A stretch of 50,564 nucleotides of DNA, the filler included, from Streblomastix strix (Eukaryota): assembly GCA_008636045.1 (NCBI GenBank). It is 3 parts of 3 records of this genome, joined end to end, with 100 filler letters (N's around TTAATTAATTAA, not from the genome) between each part and the next. Parts side by side here need not be neighbours in the genome. Positions count along the whole stretch, not along the records: positions 1 to 16,803 come from SNRW01000766.1; 2 more parts are not named here. One strand, 5' to 3'. Shown here in pieces: positions 1 to 14,900 of the stretch (the stretch's first letter is position 1; each line of letters begins with the position of its first letter). The translations under genes were made by a program, and so were the position numbers. Below the pieces are notes generated by a model that had not been told where the DNA came from, did not search any database, and was given only the letters and a program-made list of their open reading frames with translations.

Positions 1-1
1 G

Positions 2-256
2 ATGCAAGTGATGAATGTGAAAAATCTCGGAATGATGCTTTTAGTTCTTGTTATAATCACGATGAAGATTCATCGAGATCATCCATACAAGAACAGTCAT
101 TTTGCGACTATATTTGGGATTCAACTGCCTTTATTAAACTATTCAGAGGCGGCATTTCTACGAATAGTGGATTATGAACTTTTTATTGAAGAAACAGCTT
201 TCTCGCTTCTATTTGAAGATATTTTTTAATTTAAATATAGCAAGATTATATTTTGA
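2..256 (+). CDS. Cyclin (PHO80/cyclin-U-like) C-terminal part, 5'-truncated
   Basis: LLVLVIITMKIHRDHPYKNSHFATIFGIQLPLLNYSEAAFLRIVDYEL resembles a cyclin box. With TAA=Gln the frame extends to TGA at 254-256. Confidence 0.7.
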
Positions 257-359
257 TATGTAACATAGTGTTATTTTTAATTTTAATACGTTTATTATTA
301 ATTTACTACTAAATTTTCAACAACTTTAAATATTTATTTGATTTATATTAACTTTTTTG

Positions 360-470
360 AATTTATTGTTTTTTATATTTTGAATTTATTGTTTTTTGTA
401 TTTTAAATTTTATTGTTTTTTGTATTTTAAATTTTATTGTTTTTTGTATTTTAAATTTTATTATTTTAAC
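360..470. repeat. ~24-bp tandem repeat (attgttttttgtattttaaatttt), about 4 copies
   Basis: Directly visible in the sequence. Confidence 0.8.
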
Positions 471-1039
471 TTATTTGTGTCATAACTTATTGAATATGCC
501 ATATTTGTCTAATATTTTTCAACAGATAAATCTGTTAGTTTTAAATAAGAATTAAATCGGCATATCTTTGATCTTTCTTATCTGAGATAATAATCTAGAT
601 TTTCATTTCAGATTTTTATTTGTATTGATTTACTTTTCATTCATTTCAGTATGAATTATTATTATTCTAAGTTAAATTTTCAATAGTTTTTTTAAATTTG
701 TTATTGAATAAAAGTTTTAACATTTTCAGAGTTTTTGATAAGATGTTTGAACGACTTGAAGATTTAAAATCACACCTGGAAGAAAAATATATCAAAATAT
801 GATATTTATAAAATTTATTATTGAATTTTCTTTCGAATTTATTAAAAAACTATTTTTTATAAAAACAATCTTATCGAAATATTTTTAAAACCCTATGTTG
901 TATGTTCACTCAAAAATTAATTTATTCATAACATATTGTATATCTGAATAATCAAAATTTTATAATATTAAGCTCTAAAAGTCATATTCATCTTTTTTAT
1001 AAAAAAATTTTTAATCCATTTATTTAAATATTTATTAAA

Positions 1040-1430
1040 TTTATTAACATAGGAGAAAAATTCTATTTCATGGCTTGAGTTTTATTCAATCCATACAGGA
1101 AAATCCTCTTTTAGGCCGGCAAATATCAACTGGAATTGAAGTAGAAATTTTACAAATGATTCTCATATTTTCTAGCAAATTGAACAATTCTTCTTTTATG
1201 ACAAATTCACACATTTCTTTTATATTCACTCTAACAAAAATTCAATTTAAATATTTTCTAATATATTTCCATTCCTCAATTACTTATTATTTATTTGACC
1301 TAATGAAATATTTGAATTAGATATTTATACCTGATTTATTGAACACAAGATTCAGCATCATCTTTATAGAGATTAGGATTCAAAATGTTGAAATTGAAAT
1401 GCATCTCATCTGGATGTCCTTTTTATATGT
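1040..1430 (-). pseudogene. hAT transposase C-terminal dimerisation-domain relic
   Basis: The minus strand reads CKISTSIPVDICRPKRGFSCMD*IKLKP*NR, a decayed match to the IPxSxxxxERxFSxxxxIKxxxRNR motif. Confidence 0.5.
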
Positions 1431-2339
1431 TTATAGTTGATAATTAAATACATATATATGATATTTGTATAATATATTTCTCATTAACTTCTGAAATTTC
1501 ATAATTCTTAAGTCGCAGTTTATCAAAATCATTTTTATTTTATTAATACTCTTTTACTATTTTAGTATTTCTAGCTGAATGTGGAAGAATATTAAATTAT
1601 TATTCAGATAATCACTAATTTATTGCTGATGGATTCGTAGAATAATTAAATGATATTTTGAACGATGACGAAAAAAAAATTACTTTATTAATTTATTCTT
1701 CGTTTTCTAATAAATTTCATTAGATTTGAGTCCGATGACTCAAAAGATTTCGTTTCGAAACAGATTACAATTAATAGAATAGTTGAACTTTCAAAAATTT
1801 AAGATAAATAAAATTGATAAATTAACGCGTAGTGCTTATTGTGCAATATATATTTATATATATATAATTAATTACAAATGCTACATTAATTGAAGAAAAA
1901 GAAAGTAATAAAGAAGAGGACTTAAATGAAGAGGAAGTGATGCAAATTGTAATAAAATAATCTTTTGATATCAATAATAATTAATCATAAGAATTGAATT
2001 TGGAACAGAACGAAATAATGAAAAAAGAAATAAGTGATAAATAATAAGAGAAAAAATAATTAGATAAAATAAAATAATAAATTTTAGAAAATTTAGAGAT
2101 AAGTAGAATTGTTGAAATATTAAAAAACCGTTAAGAGGAAATTTAGAGTAATAATTACAAATAATAAGAGAATAAAATTTCGAATGTGAAAAATTAGAAT
2201 TACAAACGGAAGACAATAATAATGATATTGAATTTTGCTAATAGATAACTAATTCAAATATTTTTGATGTTCTAAATATATCCTCTTAAATAGATATATT
2301 GATTAAATATCAATTTTATAAACGTTATTATTTCTTATA

Positions 2340-5300
2340 TTAACAATGTCATCGGTTGAAATAAGGTTTCAAATTTTCAATAAAAATCCATATCCTTCGT
2401 TCTTCCATCTTTTCAAGTCTAAAGACCTTGATATTGATAATAATAAACTCAAATCTATCTCAAACATTCTCTTTGTGTATTAAATTAAATTTTAACTGCA
2501 TATTTTTGTCTTCAAATTGATAAAATATAGAAATTAAACGGAATAAATAAATTATAAAAATTATTCTTAAGTAAATGCTATTATTATCCTTTTTACCTGC
2601 TCCAACTCTACCTTATATATGACTGCTGGAATCAATGAGATTGGGCAATGTAGTGATGGTGTTTCGCATTCCCATGATTGTTTCATTCAGTCCCAATTCT
2701 CCGCTAAAGCGTCATTTTCAATTTAGAAGTACCTATGATGTTTTGTATTTCTCCTTGTAGCGAAGTAATTGACTGTAATTATTATCTCCCATTCTTCTAG
2801 CACTTGCAGTAGCATTTATTTATCTATTGAGTAGTCTTCCGAATCTTCGAGCTTCGATGGCGAATCCGCTTCTGTATTGTTAATTCCCGGAATATGTCTA
2901 AATTTAACTTCTCACTGTTGTTCCTTGAAATATACGAGTATCTGGTTTATTAACCTTCTCAATCCTTCCATAGCTTTCCCTTTGAATAAATTGCGGCATG
3001 CTATCGTATTGTCCGTCTTTACATTCAGGTAACACAAATGGTTGAATTGTAATATGAGCTATAAATAATTCAGTTCTAGTAAAATCTCATCTATTTCTCT
3101 TCTGTTCGATGTTGGAATCTTTGCTTTCCATGGTTTAAATATCCTTTGTATATTCTCTTCCAGTATTTGAAAAGTTACTCCCCTTCTCCATAGAGACGCG
3201 TCAGTTGTAATCGTTGCTTAGGTAGTTTGTGTCTTTATATTATTAGATTTATTGTTCTTAATTAGTGTTATCCACCATTCTACCTCTATCAATGCCCTTC
3301 TAGATTACTTGATTGGGCTATCCTATCCTGCTTTCTTTGCTCTCTTGCTCATTTCTCGATTCATGGACGTGATATGAGGACTTCCTTGTGTGCATTGAAC
3401 TCCTATATATTGGATTTGTCCAATCAGCCTTGCCGCGCTTCTTACGGTTGGTACTGTTGCTACTGTATCAACTGTACCTGTCTGAGTAATGCTGCTATCA
3501 CCAGTTTCCTCATTAATTTGGTTATCTATAGCGTCATTAATTCCGTATTCCAACTCCATCCCAGGAATTTTATTTATCTCTTAGGATCCGGTTTACTCTT
3601 ATTCCGATTAATTATTTCCCATCTCCTCGATTATTATTATGTATATTAATTCCTTTTATATATAGTATTTATTAATATTATACAGTATCATGTCGTCTTT
3701 GTAATTCTATATTTGCGTTTCACATCTCGCCCATACTCTCTGCACTGTTGATTATATCGTTTTCGCAAATATTTATGGTGCTATATTAATCCCAAATGGC
3801 ATTTCCACTGATGTGTAGTTGATTCCTTCTATCTGGAACGTTAGATTTTATTACAGTATTTAGTTGACCCTTATATGGTTGAAAGCAGATGTTATATCCA
3901 ACATGCACTTTCAGTCTCCTTTTCTCAACGTTAAGATTGTATCCTGGATGTCTGTCATCTTAAAATTTTTAGCTATAAGCTCTCTAATTAGCGTTCAACA
4001 ATCATAAATTCTTATCCATTCTCCGTTCGGTTTGGGCTCAAGGTATGTTAAAATTCCATAACTTTATCTCCTACTCCTGTATTATCCTTAAGGTTCATTC
4101 CATTAGCTCTTTGTTGACGAAGTGCATCAGCAGTAGGATCTATTGCTAGTTGCCTTCGAACTCTATCCTCGCATTGCACATCTACAGTATTTACTGGTTT
4201 TGGGGGCTTCTCCAATTTGGTGCGCATCCAATTTCGATTAGTTTCCTTTTCCCAATTTGGTCCCATACTTAAATAAAATTTACTAATCGTGCTCCATTTT
4301 TCGGTTGGTTTTCGTTATCGGACCTTTATAAGCCTCATCTTAACTCATCACTATCATCCTTCACTTCTTTCTCTCCCTATTGGCTCTCTGCCATGGATGA
4401 GCCTTGTAACTCTTCCTCATCAACGCATGGATTATGTGGAAACACTGGAAAGGCATTCATATCCGTTTGAACGTTTGTTAGTAATCCTCCACGTCCGCGA
4501 CCGCGTCAGCCTCGCCACATGCTTTGAAATTCTCTCCCTCCCCTTGGAAATCAACTTGATTGCTGGTTATAGTATTGCTGCGTTTGATTGCATGGGTATG
4601 GTGGTATCAGGTATGGTATTGGGTTTGGATTGAACAGTTGTGGTAAGAACTGAGTTCCGTATTACATTGCTACAGCTGCTGCCTAGTATTCCATGTTCCT
4701 CTATTCAGTATATTTCTTGATTCTCTCTATTGTATCCTCAGTTATTATATCAGGAGGCAGTATATTGTTCCCCGCAACTGCTCTAAACTGGTATGGCAAG
4801 TTGATTCCTTCTCTCAGTTAAATAACTGCATTTATTTCAATTGCACTTAATTTAAATATGTGTTTAAACTCGTCTGCATTCTGTTTTCCATCCAATGTCA
4901 TCGCATAAGCTGTCAGAGCTGTTGACAATGATGCTCAGAACGCTGTTATTACATCGTCATATTGTTCATCCTTCTCGATATTAGTTTTGCATTTCTATTT
5001 TTTGATTGGTATTTCGTTTCCAGTCCTCCTGTATTTTGTGGCTTCTTGATTGATTCCCTGTCTATCTGTGTAACTAAATTACTTCCATTTGCTCATATCT
5101 ACTCCCAGGTCCTCTCCGATTTGCTCCTGCATTGTTTTGATAGTCTCCTTCCTGAATCTTTTCCTTGAGATGCCTTGTGTTTACTGTGACGATCTCTCCG
5201 AATTGGTCCTTAATTCAATGTCATACTTGAGGTCAATTGTGTCCGACTGCTACGAGTTAGGTTCCAATTTAATCTTGGTGTTAGTAATCATCTCATCGAC

Positions 5301-5700
5301 TTAATGCGCGCGAGTACTTTTCTCCGGATTTGAAACCAACGATTAGGGTGCCGCTAGCAGGTTCTTTCAAAAGTCCTCTTTTAGTAAATTCTTGATTACG
5401 ATTCTATACTTGCGTTTTGTGTCGCCACTTCTCAGGTCTAAGTCGTCCTCGCTAAATCCCGCCTGTAAAAGTTGCGCTTTTGTTTGCTCCTGATCTTGAA
5501 GCTCTGCACGTATTTTCGCCAGTGTCAGTATTTATTCTGCTGCATCATTGCGTGTCATGAGTTCCTTGTACAGTCCTTGCCTGTCCGTCGAACTTGACTG
5601 CATTTCAAAAAAAACCTATCAGGCCCTTAAGTGCCTTTATACCCAAATAAACAGGGAAGCTCGCATTAGCGAAAGGATTGCGACATAATCCGACCGCAAG
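2340..5700 (-). mobile_element. Degenerate DIRS-like retrotransposon (gag, RT, RNase H); no recombinase seen
   Basis: Gag-like ORF from ATG at 5603. RT motifs include PKPNGEWIRIYDC, LDITSAFNHI, MPFGINIAP and YKDD. RNase H motifs include ITTDAS, SNRRE and HIPGINNTEAD. Stops and frameshifts are present, and the ends are approximate. Confidence 0.8.
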
Positions 5701-7079
5701 GAGCGTTAAGAAAAAGAATATTAGCTATATTAAGAATAAGAAAAAAAATAAGGATAATAGAAAGAATAAGAGAAAATATAATAGAAAGTATTTGAGAAAG
5801 AATATGACATTTAGCAAAAGAAATTATAAGCATAAGAATAAGAGAATGAATAAGAGAAAGAATAGGAGAAGGGAAAAGAGTAAGAATAAGAATTAGAATA
5901 ACAGAAAGAATAAGAGAAAGAATAAAATTAAGAATAAAAATAAAAATAAAAGAAAGAATAAGGAAATGAAAATGGAACTAATAATAATTTGAATATAGAT
6001 GATTAATAGATAGAAAAGGCATTATTATTTTCACACTTTGATACGAATTATCGAAATTTTAATTTTAATAAACAACATGAAAATTAAGAATAAAAAGAGA
6101 AAGAGAAAGAGAAAGAATAATATACTGATGATGAAATGAAGATAGAATATGCATTTAAGCTCTAATATTAATAAGATAGTTATAAATATTATTTTGAACA
6201 TGAGAACAGTTAATTATCGTCCATATATTCTACACAATTTTCACAGAATTAATATAATTAATTATCAAATCAAATTGAAATAAAGAATTTGAATAGAAAA
6301 GAAAATAATTCTGATGAAATGAATGAAGAATAAATGTTAGAAATAGCATTATTATTATCATAATAAGAAAGCAAAGTTGAAAAACATGAGTAAGAAAATG
6401 AATAAACGAAAGAAGAAGAATAAGATTAAGGAGATATTTAAAAAAGAAATTCTTGAAAATTAGCAATGAAAATGTTTATAGTATTGATTTAAGGAATGAT
6501 ACAGAGTCGAATAATTTAGAAGCATTAATAATTGTATATTTACAGTTGTAAGAATACTATTTGTATTAACATTTTAGCAGTTTATAATGCAAACTCATAT
6601 TTTTTATTATTATTTAATATTATAGTTTAATAAATAGTAATGTTTTACCTAAATAAAAATAAAAAATAGTACTGAAAATTCTATATATTTTATAATTCAA
6701 GTTTGTCTATTAAAGCAAATAAACAAAAATGTGGAAGGATAAAATAAAATGAGTGTTGATGAAAAAAATTAAGAATAACATTATTTAAATAAAAAATATT
6801 AAAGAAAAGATATATAAATAATACTATTATATTAAAATATTAATTTAAATATAAACATTTATGAGAGAATTATTAAAAAATCAAGAGTTGGTTGCTTTAA
6901 TATAAATATCAAAATATTTACAATAAAAATATCAAAATATTTACAATAAAAATGTCAAAATATACAAATTAAACTAATTAATCACACAAATCTAAATGAA
7001 ATGACAAAAATATAAAAGTTATATTCCTTAAATGTAGATTAGTGAAAGGAATAATAAAATAATAATAAATAAATCATCA

Positions 7080-10000
7080 TCACAGTTTCTTATTAGTTAA
7101 ATCTCCCATCAATTAAGATGGACTTAGATATTGTATGTTAGGTGATGACATGATAGATTCTTACTCAGGTGAAGATGTTGGAGTAAATCCAGGTGATAGA
7201 ATTGATGAAGCTGATAAAAGTGATGATGAGGAAGAATTTATCTTTCTTCTTTAAATGGGTTTAGGTTTTGCAATAATATTATTATTATTATTAATAGTTG
7301 ATGTTGATGATGAAGGTGGTTATAATTAATTATTTATTTAATTCGCTTTATTTTCACTCATATTTATTATATCTCTTGATTAATTTGAGTTTAATGTGTT
7401 AAAAATAGTACTTCCAACAAATGATGATAGATCATTATTAGTAAAAACAGGTGATTAAGCAGATGATGAAGAAGGAAATGAACTGAATTGATTACTTGAA
7501 GAAGAAGATTGCGATGAATGTGAATTTGAAATTGATTTCAATTATTATTATGATGATTAATTCGCTGCTTGAATTGGAGCTATTTATTTTCTCTGTTTCT
7601 TGTTAATAGGAGAAGATCTAGTTTTGTTTGTTTAAGCTGTTGGATTTAACAATGATTGTTATGAATCAAAAGTTAATATTGTAGGAGAAAGTGCAGAAGA
7701 AGGAGATTGAGATTGAAGTATAATGGGTTATTTTTATTGCTATTATTTTGATTATTATTAATAATTGTGAGGATATTACTTGAAATTTGAAGAAGAATAT
7801 ATTTAATTACTTTAAACACTAATTTTGTCGTTTATGGATTGGTTCGAATTATTATTCATTCTTTCGTTCATTTATATTTATTATTTGGTATTTGGTTAAC
7901 TTGCACTTTAAATTTCTAATATATTTATTGGTTTTAATATCTTCATTATTTTTTTTACCTTCTACTATTAATTTTGATCAGTATTTTAGATTATTTAGTT
8001 TTAGTTAATTGAAATGGGTTGATTATCTTTTATTATATTTGATAATTTATCTTAATTAGTTTGATTTTGAAGTGGATTTGATATTTAAGATTATTATTCT
8101 TTATTATTATTGCCTATTGAAATTCGATTATCAGTCTTTTTCTCGATTTCAATTTGTTTAATATTATTATTTATTTATATATCTTTTTTAATAATTATAT
8201 CTTCTTTCAATTTTAATTCTTTTTCCTATTTCATTTCTTTTATTTATTAATTATGTCCATTTCCTAATAAAATATCTCCAGTTGTGGAATTCTTAATTTA
8301 TTTTAATTGATCTTTCTGTTCATTCAATCTTTGAATAAAATTATCACTAGTTTATTACTAAACTCTCTTATCTTCTTCTTATCCATCTTTTTCATCAACA
8401 TATTAGATTGAATCAACATATTAGTCCCACTCATACTCTTTTTTGTTCTATTCTTTTTGACTTTCTTCATTAATTTCATTTATTTCATATATACTGGAAT
8501 CTTCATCTTATTGTGAATCCACGAGCGAACCAAGAATGTTTCTGAATTATTGAACTGTATTTACTCTAGGAATTTAGCTATCTGGTGATTCATCTATCTA
8601 AATAGGTGAAAATTGTCGGTCCATTCCCAAATTACTCGGAAATTGAGTTATGTCGTTAGTTTGACTTAATGGAGAATAAACTTTCTCTTACTTATTGATT
8701 GGAGACATAGCTCTTTCGCTTCCTTTGTAACTTTATGAACGAGCTCTTGCTATTTATAACCCATTGGATTGTGATTATTACCTGATCTCGAAACTACCAG
8801 ATGAATTTGCTTGGTTAAAAGATGTTGGTGAAAGTGACCCAAATCTATTCATTTATTTTATGGAACCAGAAGATTGAGAAGTTGGAGAAAATAGCAAAGA
8901 TCTTGAATTAGGCTTCAAAAATCTTTTAGAAGATCCAATTTTCATCATTTAAAACTGATTTTCATTCTGTCCTTGCTCAACTTCTTCAATATATTATTGT
9001 TGATACTTCTTTTTCAACTTGTGGAGTATGTTAATAACATTCACTTGCACTTTTAGTTGTTGCGGATCGCGCAATTAGTCTATTTAATCCTATTTTTCCT
9101 GTTCTAACTCCTCAATCCTATCATTTAAATCTTTATTTTTCTGGATCCTAATTTTGTTTATCTCTTAATCTATATCACTGATTATTTTTTTCACCTTGTT
9201 GTTGTACTTCGCATGGCGCACCATAATCTTTTTTCTTTCCTCGTTGATCTCTTCTTCAAACTCGAAAGGTTAATTCAGATTAATGTTGTTCTCTTATGCT
9301 GCTTAATTTAGTAGTGATGTGATGAATTGATAATTTGGGTCTGTTTAGTAATCAAGCGTTGAAATGTATTGTTCAATCTCAAGGAATTGCTTTGGAAGAC
9401 TTTTAAGTAGTTTAATTCCTTGATAATACTCTTTTACGGACTTGATTTCTTCCTATAATTAAAAATAATTGTGTATAAAATAATAATTAATATACAAATT
9501 AGTATATAAATATAATAAATAAAATTCTTCAATATTTAAATACCACATCTGTAACGCCACTCCAAGGAAGTGTCCCATTAAAGAATTCAACCAGAATATA
9601 AAACAGCGAAATCAGATCATCGTGTCTTCCAAGTTCAATGAATTTATGCGAATTGAGTGAAGCATACATCAACGAACCTCGGAATTTCCCTCGTGTAGTT
9701 GGCTAAATTAAATATCAATAAAGAAAACATAGGAAATATAATTAATTAAATTAATATATTAAAATTTGTTATTCAAACTTTAGTAATTTTCCCTCCAACT
9801 TCATTCAATTTCTTACACATAGAAAAGTCGGTTAGATAAAAAGTGCCTGAAGTGTTTGGCTCATTTCCGACTGCAAAGTTTTCCTAGGTATTAAAATAAT
9901 AAACAAAATAATAAATAAAATAATAAATAAAATATATAAAATAATATAAAAATAAACAAAACAATAAACAAAACAATAAACAAAACAATAAACAAAACAA

Positions 10001-10581
10001 TAAACAAAACAATAAATATAAAACAGAATCAAACTGAATTAACATCGCGATGTACAATTCCTTTACTATGAAGCCTGTGAAGAATTTCAATTGCTTATAT
10101 GCCAAACTTCAAGACAGAGTGTAAACTGAACCTGTAAGGCTTCTTGTAGTTAACCAATTCACTAGTTGAATAAGTAAATGATAATTAAGATATTACTATT
10201 AAATAATAGTCATTATTATACATCAAATTTGGACCAAGCAATTCCAATGCCAGGAATTTGTAATTTTTGTGCGAACCGTACTCATAAAATTTAGGGAAAT
10301 GCTTTGAACCAGCTGTTATGAAAAGCAATAAACAATGCAAAATTAGATAATTCTATTGTGTGAAATAAAAGATTATTACCTAATATTTTTAGTATTGCTG
10401 CTTCAATACAGACCCCTGTTTATTCTTCTTCATATTATTTTTCTATTTTTAGTGCAATTTATCTAATTTAAGGATCAACAGCATAAAATGTTTCTTTAAA
10501 TTTTCCTTGTGAAATCCTCTTAACTAGTTCATAGCGATTCTTGATAACATCACCCACAGAGAATGGAGATTCTTTATCCAT
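7080..10581 (-). CDS. Casein kinase 1 / tau-tubulin kinase-like protein with a long low-complexity C-terminus (several introns)
   Basis: Motifs include IALKIE, LELLGPNL, HRDVN, TDFS, FRGSLMYASLNSH, GRHDDLISLFY and LPW. GT-AG introns are present. The Ser/Gln-rich tail stays open to TGA at 7080-7082. Confidence 0.85.
9890..10020. repeat. 12-bp tandem repeat (aaacaaaacaat)n in a kinase intron
   Basis: Directly visible. It also generates the spurious YCFV/FCLL-repeat ORFs. Confidence 0.85.
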
Positions 10582-11199
10582 GGTTTGCTAAAGAATAAAA
10601 AAAAGTAAAATATTAATTTTCAATTCAAAAAAGCGAAATATTGCTTTTATCATAAAAAATGTGTTGTGTATAATAATTATATCTTTAAAAAAAATGAATA
10701 TAATTAATTTATGAGAAGGTAGCAAGATCTGTGCGTAATTTAATCTGAAAAATATTATGCGCTTTAAAAATGGTTGTAAAATTATTAAAAATTGGAAATA
10801 TATATTTGAATTAACAATATATTATATCATTAATTAAAATATATTATTTATATAAATATCGAACGAATGTATAGCGCAGAATTTGGATTTTATAAATAAA
10901 TCATCTATCTCTTTATTAATATGTTTAATATTAAAATGATATTATAGGGTTCTTCTAGACGAGAAATTTATGTAATAAGGAAAATTAAGTTCGTGGGTCA
11001 AAAAAAGGATAACACTAAAAGAATTTTTTGAAAAAAATATAAAAAAAATATTTCTCATTGCCTAACAACTAATTATACTTATATATTTTAAAATAAAGAT
11101 TTCCAAATATTTTTAATGTTTTGCGAATAATTTGAATTAAAATTTTTAAATTGCAATAAAGAAAAAAGTTTGATTCTTAAAAAATTCAATTTGCTAATT

Positions 11200-11960
11200 A
11201 TAAATTGCAGATATCTGTTTTAGGACCAGACACCGTTTAAGCGTCGGACACCCATACTGGTTTGAAATTGTTGAAGTTTATACTGGTTCTCGATATGTGG
11301 ATTGTTTTAAGAATTTATATTTATCATACAATTAAATTAGGTAATAATTAAAATAGATTCATATGAAATTAAAATGTTTGATAACTTAATGACAGGAATT
11401 TAATTTTTTTTCAATTTTTTTCATTTCACCAAGAAATAGTTCAGAAAGCCTCGTATTGTACTCATCTTCGTCGATTCACACGACATATCTGCCATCGACT
11501 AATTTTGACGTAATTGCTGCTCTTCTGAAAGCCGAGGGACTCCATGAAGGCATAGTAGCTGCTTCGGTTGCTGCTACTAAGCGTGCAATGGTTTGAGCCT
11601 AATTTCTTGCATTTGAATTTTAATTAGCTTTTTTCAACTCTAACTTTAATAGTACAAATATTTCAAAACTTTCCACTTTAAATCCATTTCTGCTATGTGG
11701 AATGACCGACAAGAACCAGTACTACTTTTTATTTGTCAGGATAATATAATCTTTATTTTCGTTCTTTATGCCACTCACATAAGAATTAAGTATAAACATG
11801 ATAAACATCAAAATCCATTCAGCCACTGTTATTTCTAAATATATAAATTAATATTTTATTATGATATAACTCTCTTTCAAGAGGGAACTTTTAAAGTCCG
11901 CAAATTGCTATAAATATTGGAGGAGTTATCATTTAAAATGCTTGTAATCATACACTTCCA
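11200..11960 (-). pseudogene. DDE_1 (pogo/Tc5-like) transposase relic
   Basis: NNSG*MDF...KVVLVLVGHST matches the decayed SGWM and LILDGHxS motifs. Confidence 0.5.
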
Positions 11961-14900
11961 TTCTTCTGGGTTTTGTACCACTCAGGCCGTCATATATGGC
12001 CTCCACTCTTTATTGAAATACAATCAACCCTTAAAATGGGTCAGATCAAGCAAACTAAAAGTATAGGTATACGCGCATCCAAAATGTTCAGAGGAAGTTC
12101 GACAACCGTAAACGGTCTAAACATTAATGATAAGGAGCATGACGGAGTGCCTAACATTTAGGAGCAGGATCCACCGAGAGGCGAGGTAAATGAATAAGAT
12201 TAAGCCGTTCCTCCATGTATGCGCGATTTACTAGGCCGTCCTCCCGACTCCCCTGAAGCTATGAGGTTATAAGCACAGCTTGACACCGCCACTAAAATGT
12301 ATGAGGTGTATTACGCGAAGAAGGTGGAAAACTTAAACCGTACAGGCGAACGAGCAATAAAGCATGAGAAAGAATTTCTACTCCAAAGAGTGGATGAAAC
12401 ATTGGGACTTGAATTTAAGAAGAATGGAGTAATACCAGGTTCAGGGGGAGCGGACCCAGAAAATGAAATTGATACAGCAAGAATGGCTGTTCTGATCCAA
12501 AGGGCATGCATTGCAGGCTCAAAAGCTTTGGTTAAGGAGATTTCTAAGCTACGTAAAGGTTCTATCTCACTTGTCAAATATCGCACGTATAATCGCAGGA
12601 GATTCTTAACAGCGAAGAGAAATAGCCCTTGTTTCGGAGCAATACAAAGCAGTGTTGGTCAAAGTTAATAACATTTTCGCTGTACTTTGGCGCGAATCGA
12701 AGGAAAAAATTAAAGAATCAAATAAGTTTATCAAAATAATTACTCCAACAAGTGAAACATTATAAGCAGTAGAAATTAAACAGTTATAATCGTAATAATC
12801 TTCTGAATAGATAAGCAATCAAGAAGCGAGTTAAGTACCCTAGCCTCAATTCCAGATGCTAAACCATTTTGGCAATCAATCAATATTCATTAATAAGAGA
12901 TAGTAACGCAATCAGTTCTTTTAGTAAGGTTTGTATTCTAGACCTTGGAAGAGGAATAGATTTGGTTTCATTATGAACCTTGAATGACAGTTCTACCATT
13001 AACCATAAGATACATTCTATCAATAGCCAATGAACCTTGCCTATTAGTAGTAATATCCTCAATTTCAGCATTAGATTCCTGGAGGCTATAATATCTAATG
13101 GTCAAGTGTTGTATCATCGAATATTATTCAAAGTTCTTAAATCATTCCATAGCAAACTCCACAAATCCCGATGTAATCACAGCAGCAAAATGCGTAAAGA
13201 GTTCGATCCCAATCAATACAACCAAAATAAGAATGATTGGAGAGCTGCGCGGCTCCGGAATAAGTGAATGATAGAGATTCAGAAAATGATACTAAAGATG
13301 CTGAGTGAGGTACAGATAGAAATACAAGTGGGAGAGGAAGAGAATAGTTACAATTAAGCCGCACTATTTCTGTTGGAGGAGTTCAATCTAAAGAATGTCT
13401 CTGTACCAGATATACTGACAACATAGATCCACGAATGGGATTTAATCAATGGGGGATCTTAAGTTAGGATGGGTGCAACACCAAATTGGACCTTCATAGA
13501 AGCTCTTTAACAGTTAGAAGCAGTGCAGCTTTACAATGAATATCAAAGTTCCAAGAAACAGATGTTAGAATACCGGAATCAACTGATGAAACAAATCTAG
13601 GATGGTATTGTGATCGAAACAGATAATATTCGAATTTTCAACCCAACATCTCTGGTCCCCACACCAGGTGGAAAACAACGGAAGATCTTGGATTGTAGAT
13701 ATATCAATTAATTGACGACATTGCCGAAGTTCAGAATGGATGGAATAGAATTCAAAAAGTAGATTTTGGAACCTTCATATTTCGCCACAACTCTTGATCT
13801 ATTTGATGCATATCACCATATCTGAATGTCAGACCAGCTTCTTCCATATTACGGTTTTGCCTTCATGAGGAAGACTTTCGCTTATAGAGGTCCACCGTTC
13901 GGCTATCGAAAAAAGCCCATACGTTTACAAAAAGATAATATAACTTGCGATCAGAACGATCAGAAAAAGATGGACTTCATTGAAAGTGTCCAATTACATA
14001 GATGACATAATCCTAATTCACAAGAGTAAAACGGAATTGAAGAAAATTACCTAAGAAATAATCGACTTTCTTAAAAAGTTAGAGTGGAAGCTCTAGATTA
14101 AGAAATGTAATATGTATCTATCAATCACAATCAAATACCTAGACTGGCAATGGTCTTCGACAAAGATGGAGGTATTGATGCCACTAGAGAGAAGAAAATT
14201 GATTAAAACTCTAATTAGAAAATGGATTCAAGCTACTAAGAATCGACAAATTATTCAATTGAAAGATCTTGCGAGTCTGATAGGCGAGTTGAATTTTCTA
14301 TGGTTTCAGTTCCAGAATGCTTCATTAAATCTGAACTCTTTGAATCTATTGAAATGCTAAGCAATTAGGAAGGGAGGTTGGAATTGCAAAATGAAATTGA
14401 CAAGAAGGATCCTTAATAATCTCTACTAATGGCTGATTCTTGTTTGCGATAATAGACCTAAGAAATTACTGGAACAACCATTAACAGCAACTCTAACTAC
14501 AGATGCAGCAGAATCAGGATGGGGCTCAACTTTGGTGACTCCGAATATCAAGTTGATGGATGCAGGCAAGTGGAGCAATAATTGGCATTTGAGCAGTAGC
14601 AATTAACGAGAAACAGCTGCAGTCTTGATATCACTCCGCTCGTTTGTACCAATTCTGATACAAGAGAAAATCAAGTGTTTAACATTAGAGACCGATAACT
14701 AGACATTGGAGAACTCATCACTAAAATGGAAATGATCAGCAAATAGAATATATCTAATTAGAGCTAAATTTAAATTGCTAGATCAATTGAAGATTAGTCT
14801 AGTGACTGTTCACATTGCTTATCTATGGAATAGCTTAGCGGATACGTTGAATAGACTGGCTTGGAGAGGAGATTATATGATTAATCCTCTGATTCTCTAA

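Noticed and set aside
5678..5990. Lys/Arg/Asn-rich ORF
   Set aside because: Low-complexity purine-rich (aagaat) tract with no protein signature.
9832..10105. ORFs with YCFV/FCLL repeats
   Set aside because: Translations of an intronic 12-bp repeat.
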